Below are positions 10,873 to 21,264 of a DNA stretch of 64,000 nt, piece by piece (position 1 is the stretch's first letter; each line of letters opens with the position of its first letter). The notes under the pieces were generated by a model. That model worked only from the letters and a program-made list of their open reading frames with translations, was not told the origin of the DNA and did no database searches. The DNA is taken from the NCBI GenBank assembly GCA_051294375.1, contig CM119265.1, forward strand, positions 25,800,767-25,864,766, written 5' to 3'. The DNA is from Paraspadella gotoi (taxonomy: Eukaryota; Animalia; Chaetognatha). A program made the position numbers and the translations under genes.

Positions 10873-11700
10873 ATTTTTAGTCGGATCTGCTTATCAGCAG
10901 ATCCCACTCTATAATTCACTTTGTCGGTCCGTCGGTCCCCCGCAATAGTGTCGGGTACTAACTTATATCATGTCAGAACATCAAATTATGATAAATTATG
11001 CAAAAAAAATTATGTCCGTCCTCCGTCCGTCCCACCTTAAACAAAAACACAAAATTACTTGATTGGATGGATGGATTGGAAGTAAATTTTGTGTGTGGGT
11101 AGGGAAGTGTGTGATTGAGCTGTATATGAAGTTTCAATGGAATTGTCCGAGTGGAAATGAGTTTAAATGGAAAAAATAAAAAAATAAATTTCACTATTTG
11201 AATACCAATTACTCAAGAGTGGATGGGGCGATTGACTTTAAATTTTGCATTTGGGTAGGAAAGTGTGTGATTGAGCTGGAAATCAAGTTTCGATGGAATC
11301 GTTTGAGGGAAATGAGTTTAAATGGAAAAAACAAAAAAACCTGTTTCACTAATTGATTATGCTTCTTTTTCCTTTTATATTAAATGTAAATGAAGGATGT
11401 ATTAATAAATCAAATAATTATTCAGTTAATTAATCAATTAGTCAATTAATTAATCAATAATTAATTAATTAGTATCTAATCCGTCTCCGTCCCATCAAAA
11501 AGCTCCAATAACTCGTGATTGGCTATATTATATGTCTCTTCACTGTCCTAACCCAATTTTAAGGACATCGATGATGATAAGTTGAAATATAATTTAAAAT
11601 TAATTATTACATATTAAAATTAATTAATTATTAATTAATGATTAATTAATTAATTAATTATTATCATAGGCAGATCCGACATTGTTTGCTCAAACTTGTT
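10873..11700 (+). mobile_element. HINE family 2, second copy (fewer internal repeats)
   Basis: Same termini as 4636-6297: tttttagtcggatctgc ... ggcagatccgacattgtttgctcaaacttgtt. Confidence 0.8.
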
Positions 11701-11778
11701 ACCTAAGAATTGACAATTGGTTTTGGAACTATTTTCATTAATTTTTGGGATATTTTTAATCTTTTTAACTTATTATAA

Positions 11779-13972
11779 GACACAATGAAAAATGGCGTAA
11801 CGTTACTGTTCTGTGCATAAAAAAAATTCACTGTTCAATATTATTATATTTCTTTTTATTTTTTAAAACGTGACAGTTTCATATGTTGATATCCAAAATA
11901 TCAATGCAAAATCTTTTTTTGTTTTTTAGATATGACTGAATATAGGGTGAAAGATGATAATTTTTTAAAAAAAGTTACTTATTCATATTTATTCAAAGAA
12001 TTGTAATAAAAAAAAATAATAGTACTAATAGATGGAAAAAAACCTCATTTAAAAATTCGATCGGGAAGTGGGGTAACTTAGGCTTACCAATGGCATCCTC
12101 CACGCCGATTGTTCTTTCAAATAATTTTTTTTTATTTAATACATTTGAAAGGGAAAAAAAGAAAATTCGGAATGCAGGTTGTTGAAAGGGTACAGATAAT
12201 CTGGACTTACTGACATGATAACCATGACCTTTTATATCTTGTGAAATGGGGGCAGTAAAGAAATCTAAAAAATTCGATCATTAAGTCAGTCAATAAACCC
12301 TTTCCAATGGGCTATTACGAGAAATATTTTTTCTTAATTAAAATGGATAATAAATAATAGAATTTAATTCCTTACTATATTTAAACAAAAATTATCAATA
12401 CCATTTAACACAATGATGTCTTGCTTTGTCAAATATGTTTCCATCTATATAATTTTATAAACTTTATTATGATAAACAAGCAGTGTGTCAAGCTTATAGT
12501 TTGCAGTTAAAGATAATGAAAAATGACGATTTTTTTTCACAGACAAGAAGGTAGATGTCCAGACTGTTTATATCAAGCTGAAAACATTTTTATATTTATC
12601 ATTTTTATATTTAAAAATACATTTTATCAAGCTACAACATAAATTTTTGCATGTTTTTTACTTTAATTGAAAAATATAAGCAATTTTATGGAATAAAGAA
12701 AATTTAATATAATCAAAATGTAATTGAGTCTTTCTTTTTTCAAATTGCAAAAGAAAAATAAAAAATTTCATATGCTTCATTGAAATTTTTAAAGCAAAAA
12801 ACTATTATACTTTTAACTCTGATTTAAAACAAAAGCTGTGTAAAGATTTATGGATTTAATTTAATAAAACTCTTTTAGAAAGGTGTCCCATGATTAGGGC
12901 TTTAATTTGTAACCACACCCACCTTGCTACCTCTTTTCTTTCAAAAGTTATTTAAAAAAATAACTCTTTTTAAACTACGCAGTACAAATCTTTGTTAAAA
13001 AAAATTTTGGCAAAGCGGGAGTATCTCACTTATTTCTATTGGTACAATACTTAAATTTTAAAAATAAAACTTTAAGAAAATTTTTTGGTTTTTTAGAGAC
13101 ATATCACTTTCAGATGTACCCATCGTATATATAATTGATTTATTTATTTCCCTAAAAAAGCTTAATTAGAAAAGTTGAAATTTTTTCAAATTGTTGAAAA
13201 AAAAATTTTGTTCGACTATGCTCATTGAGAATAATGGTTTTGCATAGAAAATCAAAATATCAAAAAAATTAAAAAATCAGCCTCTAGAAAAATCGAAAGG
13301 CTAGAGGCTGATTTTTTTAAAATTGTAAAATTTTTTTCCTAACTCGTAATCCATTATTCTCAAGTTTCAAAATATTTTTTTTCAAAATCATTCAATCAAT
13401 TTTTTATTAATTTAAAATGTTTTATGATGTTGTTTTGTTTGAAATTGAATAAAAGTAAAAAATATAGTAATTATATAAGGTTTTTGAAAATACCTCTAAA
13501 ATATTAGATAATTAGACACAAGAGGAGTAAGCAGAGAAAACTTCCCATTCATAAAAAAATTGAAAATGAATTTGTCATATTGTTATTTAGATTAATTGAC
13601 TAATTAAAAACAAATGATTCATATAAATTGAGGAAATGATGGGTAAAAAATATTCATCTTGGTCTCAGTTAACTATTAAGTTATCGTTAAAGTTTTGTTT
13701 TAATAATATTTAATATTTTTTTTGCATTTATAAAAGCAATGGTCTAAAATTTTGTAAGCGTTTTGGAGCTATTTTGCTTCATCTTTTTTACTATTTTTGA
13801 TCTAGTTAGCTTTTTTGTTGATGGTCAAGGGTTATGGTCAGACACAGTAATGTCCAGTAGTGTATATCGCACATATTACCAAAAGTAATAATCAATTAAT
13901 TTGGCTCAGAAACAATTTTTAAGGGACAAAATCAGCACGAGACCGTTTCGCCACGTTATTTTTCATTGTGTC
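11779..13972. mobile_element. Non-autonomous TIR DNA transposon, Kolobok-like
   Basis: TIR gacacaatgaaaaat (11779-11793) and atttttcattgtgtc (13958-13972), extending imperfectly to tggcg.aacg. 4-bp TSD ATAA on both sides (a TTAA variant). GA...TC termini. AT-rich interior with no ORF of 60 aa or more. Confidence 0.7.
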
Positions 13973-14039
13973 ATAAAGATAAGTCATCTGACCCCTGAAT
14001 AAAAATATATTTTTGAGTGACAACTAATTTAAAACTTAC

Positions 14040-14686
14040 CACTTTTTACTTCAACTTAGTCTAAAACTACAAAAATTTTAACGAGATCAGATCAGTGATA
14101 GACTTTTCTCGCTGTATCCAAAAAACTGGAAGTACAGGTCTCACGGCCCTCACGGCCTCTGCCTGATGCCTGAGTTCCACATCATCAAGCGACGTGTAAA
14201 CAGGCGCAAAGACAGCACCCAAGGCCAGAGTTGCCAAGCATGTGATGATGTATTCTACGCAGTTTGATGCAATTACAGTCACGCCATCTCCCTTTGATGT
14301 ATTTATAATATAATTAGTTTGTAACTTTTTTAATTAAGGCCTTTCGTGATTTCCTTTTTTTAATAAAATTCATTAATTTAATTTTTCGATTCATTCAAAG
14401 ATAAGAAATATTTAATATTTATTTTGAAATACATATATTTTTGCATACATGAACTTGCCTTTCCAAGTCCTCTTTGGGACAAAGCACTGGCGACATTTTC
14501 TGCCAAATTGATGATCCTCTTTGCCGTAAATGTTTCTCCAGTTGACGCGAATGTCAACAGGATGTCTTCGGGATGTTGCAGGAAGCGCGTCTTCAGAAAG
14601 TTGAAGACGACTGAGCTGGGGATGTCAATTTCTGGAAAAGGAGATTTTATCACATTGCTTAAATTAGGCGTGTTGCAGGTATTCAT
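14040..14686 (-). pseudogene. Luciferase/4CL-like paralog B, 5' two-exon fragment
   Basis: Exon 1 14686-14459 (IKSPFPEIDIP...HPEDILLT...RGLGK). Exon 2 14291-14040 is 252 nt versus 256 in the paralogs, giving a frameshift plus two stops (TGA, TAA) in the homologous frame. No exons 3-8 found before paralog C. Confidence 0.85.
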
Positions 14687-15251
14687 AGTGATTTTTAATT
14701 ATTAATTATATTTTTAATTATGGTTTTAAACATGGTGGGAGAATTTAGCTATTTTTTTGTTGTTTTTTTTCCTTAGAGACTGAAAATTCTTTACAAGAAT
14801 CTAAAAAAAGTTTGTGAACTTTAAATTGTCGACGAAAAAGTTTTAAACAGTTTTGAGGAGTTCATTTGAGTTCATTCGAGTTCATTCGAGTTCAACTGAT
14901 ATTCTCTTCATTCACTATGTTTTTTGGGGTCTATGTTATTTATTAGGTACAAGGTTAAAAGCTTTCTATGACTATACTATTTCTATTCTATTTATACCTC
15001 TTTTCCTCAAATTTTTATCTTTAGACTTTCACCAAACTAAAGTAATTGTCGTCATTATCAAATGATACAATAAATTTTCGTAAATTGACTATAGACTATA
15101 GTATAGTTATATAAAAGATTTATTTAATAAGGTAAAAATACATTGAAACAATGATTAAACTATAAACGCCAGTATACTTTGGCGTTACTAATTTAAGAAA
15201 AGTATTGTAGAAAATAAAATAAAATAATATGCGTCTCTTCCTGAAAGAAAT

Positions 15252-18200
15252 CTACAACTTTCTCAACTCTTTCTTCAAAGGCTTCGACGAGGGCGACTTC
15301 GGTATCTTATCCAAGAACTTGATTCCCCCGCGTAGTCTGTTCAACACAGATGTCCTTTCAGCCACGAATTCTTGCAGATCCGTCTCTTGGACATTCGCAG
15401 TGTCGGGTTGTAAAACCACGAAGGCTCTCGGCTCAATGTTGTCTCCAATGTTGACTCCCGTGACGACGCATTCCGCGACCGCGGGATGAGTGAGAAGAAC
15501 AGACTCGATGAAGGCCGGGGCCACGTGTTGACTGGCCAATTGATTAATAGTCATAATAATAACTTATTTATTTTAATTTTATTAAAAAAAGATTCTACAA
15601 ACCCATCTTTGTATGAAATAAGCTCTTTGATTCGGTCCGTGATGAAGAGATGACCTTCAGCGTTGAAGTGACCAATATCCCCCGTGTGGAACCAACCGTC
15701 TTTATCGATGACGGAGGCGGTTGCTGCGGGAGCGTTTAAGTATTCTTTCATCACTGAAGGACTCCTGCAGCATACTTCTCCATCCCTTGTTGGGTGAAGG
15801 TCCTGTCCAGTGGAAGGGTCTACTATCTGTGAAAAAAGAAAAATCACCTTTTTTGAAGGATGAAAACTTTTATTAAATATTGAAAACGTTATTAGTAAAA
15901 CTGTTTAATTCTAAAATTAAATTATTAATTTTTACCTTCATCTCAACATTTGGAATTGGAAATCCAACTGAACCTGGAAACCGATTTTCTGGCTTAAGCG
16001 GTGACTCGGTAATTCCTCCTACCTGTAAAACCAATATTTTATGACAGTTATCATCATTTAACTCCTGTGTATTAAATTATTTCGTTGTACATTTTAAGCT
16101 TGATATTGAATTCCCCCCTTCTTCAGTCCATGAATATTAGAGTGTAACGAATTCAAAATAATTGAGGAATGAGGATATAAAGATTAGAAAAACAGTCACT
16201 TGAATCAATAATATTCACTCTTCAAGATGAACCTCAGTGAGTCCATAACCCTGACAGATTCCAGTGACTCCCGTCTTCTGCCGGAACATGTCTTCAACGC
16301 CGACACTGAGCGTCGAGCCCGCGCTTATAATTCCTCTAAGCGACGTGAGATCTGGCGTCGGTGTGATCCGACCCTTAGCAATGGCCGCCATGTGCCAAGC
16401 CGTCAAATAGACAAACCTAGAAAAACCGTATGATACTTTAAATATCTACTAGTACTTAAATGACATAAAAAGTCTTATAAATGTTGAGCAAAACTTTCTA
16501 TGAAATTGGTAAAACCAATATAAAAACCATCAATTCATTTAATAAATAAGCTATCTTGCCCCTTACTTTGGACAGGCTTTGGTGGTTTAAGGCCTCCATC
16601 ACTCTCACAAGATAATGACATAGCAGATCCCTGCAACCTGTCAGACTCTCTCACAGTCTCGTTTATTCACTCCCAGAGTACCTGGCCTCCCTATCAATGA
16701 AGTGGTATAATATAATACATAATAATATAATAATAATACAATTCTTTATAGACAGGTCTGAAAAAAAACTGACTTCATCTCATATTTTCGAATGAGACTC
16801 AAATCACGCGACACTTCAAAATCGGCGACGACGACGCAATTCGCGCGTTGAAGAGAAAACAGGATGGCGCCGAGTTCCAAGCCGCCCACGTGTGCCATTG
16901 GCGCCTGCACCATGGTTCTTTCTCCTGTTATAAAGATTGAGAGACTAGGATACAACAAAAACCGAACATAAATTATAACAATTAACTACTAAACCTGGTT
17001 TTAAACCCATCAGCTCCTCATTCAGTTGCTGCATCTGGTTGGCGACGATGTTCCGATGAGTAAGGACGATGCCCTTGGGAAGTCCAGTCGTGCCGCTGCT
17101 GCTCTGAACGATCGCTGGGTCTTCATCGACGTCAATTTCTGGAGGTTGACTGAAAGCGGAACTATCGTCGGTAGCAAGGGTTTTGAAAGAGATGGCATCT
17201 GCAAATAGGAGATGTCATATGAGTAAAAATAATTCAATAAATTTTTTTTAAAAACCATCATTTCATTTCGTAAAAAAAAATGGATTGAACTTTTTTTGGT
17301 AATTTATGTTTTGAAGTAAACTTTAAGCTCCTTCATGAAAACTCTATGGTGGACTAAAAAATCCACCAACCGTTCATCAGCGGCCATTGGTGCCGGAGGC
17401 AAGTCATTCGCCTCCCAACCCAAAGGTCCGGGGTTCTAGCCCGGTGGTCGTCTGGCAGTTAAGAGGGACGGGGCGCTTTACCCGCCTTTACATGGTGTTA
17501 CAGCCTGATCCGAAGCTCAGGGACTGCTTATATTGAACGGTTCTATCACTAATTCATAACAATAATTACTGTCTCTTCAACTCAATCAGTAAAATTATGT
17601 ACAAAATTGCTCTCAATTATTTTTTTTTTCACAAGAATTTCAAACTATTTATTTAAAATTACAAATAAAATCTCTAAATCTCTGAACTAACCTTCGATAT
17701 CTTTATCTGCGTCAAAAATTATCAAAATCTCAATGAGACTCGATTCACGACGCGCTTGTCTCGCGGTTTTCAAATAATTTGACGAACAGGCGATGACCTT
17801 TGACCCTACTGCTTCCGCCTGACGCCTGAGTTCAGGGACATCGAGAGAAGTGTAAACAGGCGCGAAGACGGCGCCCAATGCCAGCGTCGCCAAACAGGTC
17901 ACCAAGTATTCCACGCTGTTAGCGGCGATGACCGAGACCCCGTCACTCTGTATTGTGTCAAGGTATTTTTAGTTCAAGGATAAAAAATAGTTGAAAATGC
18001 AATTAATTGTTCGTTGTTAAGCAATATGCTCGTTAATCGTTATAGAAGAATAATAGAAAACACAAAAAATCTTATTCATACAATTCCTTAAGTTGTTAGT
18101 TTAATCGTAATGGTAGATATTAAACTTTTTCTAGTTTTTTTAAAATTTTAAACAGTTTTCCTTTTCTGTTTTAAGTAAAACCGATTAGAAATAATTTTTT

Positions 18201-18465
18201 TTATAATATCCCTCGTACATTTCATCAAACAAACCTTTCCAACCCCCCGCTTGGCCAAAGCGCTGGCGACCCTCTCTGCCGAGTCGACGATCCTCTTCGC
18301 GCTGAAGGTCTCGCCCGTCGACCCGGATGTGAAGAGGATGTCTTCCGGATGTCGCAGGTAACGATTCTTGATGAAGGTGAAGACGTCGACGGTCGGGATG
18401 TCGATGTCGGGAAATGGAGATCGAACGATTTTCGAGGACGAGTCGTTAGCCGAGGTGGTTGCCAT
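15252..18465 (-). CDS. Luciferase-like / 4-coumarate:CoA ligase-like AMP-dependent synthetase (ANL superfamily), paralog A, 8 coding exons, 538 aa
   Basis: Exons: 18465-18235, 17947-17692, 17198-16995, 16924-16774, 16416-16233, 16022-15936, 15826-15603, 15531-15252. All introns GT-AG, total 1617 nt, open frame. Motifs: SSSGTTGLPKG (P-loop), PMAHVGG, QGYGLTE, PGSVG, GWFHTGDIG, DRIKELI, VAPAFIESVLLTHPAV, LRGGIKFLDKIPKSPSSK (A10 Lys). An upstream ttttcag acceptor at ~18499 suggests a non-coding 5' exon or trans-splice site. Confidence 0.92.
16499..16640 (+). repeat. Dispersed LTR-like repeat (also ~22030-22275, ~24212-24455, ~33922-34030; diverged relative at ~57270-57350 and its mirror ~46980-47060)
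   Basis: Shared gaaattggta.aaccaatataaaa...aataagctatcttgcccc..actttgga. The 22030-22275 copy has TGTGAAA...TTTCACA termini but no TSD. Confidence 0.55.
17363..17560 (+). mobile_element. tRNA-derived SINE in intron 2 of paralog A
   Basis: Head gcggccatTGGTGCCGGAGGcaagtcattcgcctcccaacccaaaggtccggGGTTCTAGCCC has A and B boxes and a Gly(CCC)-like anticodon loop. A second copy sits at 8341-8536 in the opposite orientation. Confidence 0.75.
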
Positions 18466-18975
18466 GGCGACGCGTTATATTGAGAGTTCCTTTTCACCTG
18501 AAAATGTTTAGCAAATTTTTTTTTCTATAAATATAGCGGTAAAAAAAAATCGCTCGAATACGTATTATTGAGAATTTCGGTAAATATTAAATATAAATTT
18601 ATCGAGATTTAAATAGTAAGTAATAGAAAATATTAAAACAATTGAGTAATTAATTGAATTCATTATCAATAGAATCTACAAAATTTTATTTTTTTCGTTT
18701 TACACAGATAGGGACCGGCACAAATATTTAGTATTTTCTTTCTGGATTTCTTGAATGGATTTAAACCTTTGATCAAATCCCCACAAACGTCAATCGATCG
18801 TTAGAGTACGAGGCAATGCTCTTCTTTTCTTAGCTACATTTTTGAACGAAAACCTTTAATAATTACAAATATCTATAAGCAAAGGTTTTTAAGTTTAAGG
18901 CTGCGTCGTATTTTTGTCAAAGAATCAGAATCTCAGTTTTTGTTAAGTGGAATAAAAACCTAAGTTGATCAGCTT

Positions 18976-19040
<65 letters not shown>
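18976..19040. repeat. (GTC)n microsatellite
   Basis: About 21 perfect units. Similar tracts recur through 21-46 kb. Confidence 0.95.
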
Positions 19041-19041
<1 letters not shown>

Positions 19042-19268
19042 CCACTGGTTATTTAAGTCCTAATAAAATTTAATTCGTACTTTGGAATGATAAGGGATCA
19101 GAGAGGATACAGGTTGCAGAGAAAGAGTCGACCCTTGAAGCCATTAATGCCTCAAATGTCCATTATTATTAATATTATTGAATGAAACAAAGTTTGATTT
19201 TGTGCTCCCAACAAACCTCTCTCGTCAATGGGACTCGATTTTTGACCTACTGGGAGAATTTCGGTCCA

Positions 19269-19269
<1 letters not shown>

Positions 19270-19340
<71 letters not shown>
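19270..19340. repeat. (CT)n microsatellite
   Basis: Perfect dinucleotide tract, one of many in the window. Confidence 0.95.
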
Positions 19341-19344
<4 letters not shown>

Positions 19345-19415
19345 CACACCACACTCACACACCAGGCGGGATTCCATGATCCATTGTTGATCTAATCTTC
19401 GTACAAAAGGCGACA

Positions 19416-19545
19416 CCAATTATCGTCGGTCGAATTTTAGACCAATCAGAGATCGACCCGGCAAACGACTACATAATGACGACCAATCAAAGGCCGAGTA
19501 GAAGATCAACGACCAATCAGAGGAAAATGGCGAGCTAATGGCGAG
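19416..19545. promoter_or_regulatory. Candidate promoter: four CCAAT boxes plus a YY1-like motif
   Basis: CCAAT at 19416, 19442, 19483 and 19513 (three in gACCAATCA context) and AAAATGGCG at ~19524, about 1 kb upstream of the paralog A ATG. Confidence 0.45.
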
Positions 19546-19977
19546 GATCTCAAAAAAAAAAAAGTCATGAGGCAGCGACGGGTCATGGCACGAAAAACCT
19601 AAACCGATGGCTGCAAATTTCAAGGGGGGGGATTATTTCGGGGTGAAGCAGCGAGGGGGATGGAAAGACAATGAGAGGCGAGGGGGGGGAAGGGGTAGAA
19701 GGGCATAGGGAGGTCAGCGGCTTCGGGTATGATGTATGAACCATCGAACCTGGTTTGGTGATTGTGGTGAATTGAAACGTCGAGGCGACAAAGGGTGACG
19801 GGCGAAACTCGCTCATTGACGTCGCGGTTGCTATGGCTGCTGTAGTCGTTGATGGACGCAGCTGTTGAAGGTCTGGCTGCTGCGAACCGCCCTGCCGCGG
19901 CTGTTGCTGCGTTGCCTGACTTTCTGATTTCGTCTCGACTCACCTTCTGCGGGCGCCGGCTCGAAATTGTCGCACAC

Positions 19978-20031
<54 letters not shown>

Positions 20032-20143
20032 TCTCTCTCTCTTCTCTCTCTTCTTTGTCCTGGGCTCCTCCTTTCCCGTCGTTGTCCTTTCCATCTGGTC
20101 AAGGGAAAAGCCGCCAATGTCAATTCTTCTCTCTCTCTCTCTT

Positions 20144-20194
<51 letters not shown>

Positions 20195-21264
20195 CTCTCC
20201 TCTCTCATGGGAGTCGTTCTTTCGATGGCTCCGTCGCCTCTTATGAGTACATCATCCATTTCGGATTAAAAGACAAAAAAAACCTTTTTTGTTTTCTTTC
20301 CCTCCGCCCTCCGCCCCCCTCGCCCCCTCCGCCCCCTCCGCCCCCCACAAATCCCTTTGTTTTCGATGGAGGCAATCGACGACATCGAATCTCATTCCGA
20401 TTTCCCTTTTGTTTTTTTTTTTTTTCATTTATGGCGATCGAAAAAAAGAAAGAAAGAAAGAAAGAAAAACAAAAAGAGAAGAACGATGGTTGGAATTGGA
20501 GACTCGCTCGTAAAGCGAAAACAGCGGAGATGTGGTGTCTCGATCTCTTTGTCCATTTGTTGATTGTTTTATTTCGTCGCTTTTAATTGTCATTTTTATG
20601 AATAATTTTTTTAAATTGATTATGAAAGTTGCAAAATTACTCGTTTTACTAACTTGTTTTATTTTTTATTTTTTAGATTTAAAATAACTATTATTTATGA
20701 TTTTATTGATTTGTTAAAAATATTTTTGCGTTAAATATTTAAATATAATATTATTTATCTGTTTGGGATGGGGACGTTAGTGTTGTCTTCTGGAAATAGA
20801 GGGTGCATCTACACAACACAAGGTTAGATTACTTTCTGTTCCAGTTTTCTAATAGATATCGTACATCATTCCTGTTGGAAAATCAGTAATGGTAAAATCT
20901 TCAGTCTTCAATCTATAGATCAGCGTTTTTCCAGTTTTATCGCAAATTGATCATTCGCATTCAAAATGGGGGATATTTTTTATATGACATTAAATAGAGA
21001 TTACCCCTTGTGTTAAGGATCAAGATTTTCAGAGATTTTCGCTCGATTCTTTTTTTACTATTAGTATTTCCTTTGTTTGTTTTTTTTTTCTTTCAACTTT
21101 TAGCTCATCATTTCTTTTCGGAATTTTTATCATTCCTTTCTTCCTTTATCTTTTCCTTTTTTCCAACTTCCTTACATCTTCCTTTGCTCTTCCTTTTTTT
21201 TTCCCTTTAAATCTCATATCGAACCCCGCGTGTCCCCAATGACGTCAAGGCAAGGGTTCGAACC

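Noticed and set aside
15252-15266. Peroxisomal targeting signal on paralog A, as in beetle luciferases
   Set aside because: The C-terminus is -LRKL. RKL does not match the canonical (S/A/C)(K/R/H)(L/M) PTS1.
15252-18465. Calling the gene a bona fide luciferase, or a bacterial contaminant or recent HGT
   Set aside because: The motifs are shared with non-luminescent acyl-CoA synthetases and the K443-equivalent is absent. Seven spliceosomal introns with host SINEs show it is an integrated eukaryotic gene.
19620-20586. Long ORFs (167, 142 and 245 aa) on both strands
   Set aside because: They are kept open by (CT)n/(AG)n tracts giving SL/RE repeats. No recognisable domain or consistent splice structure.
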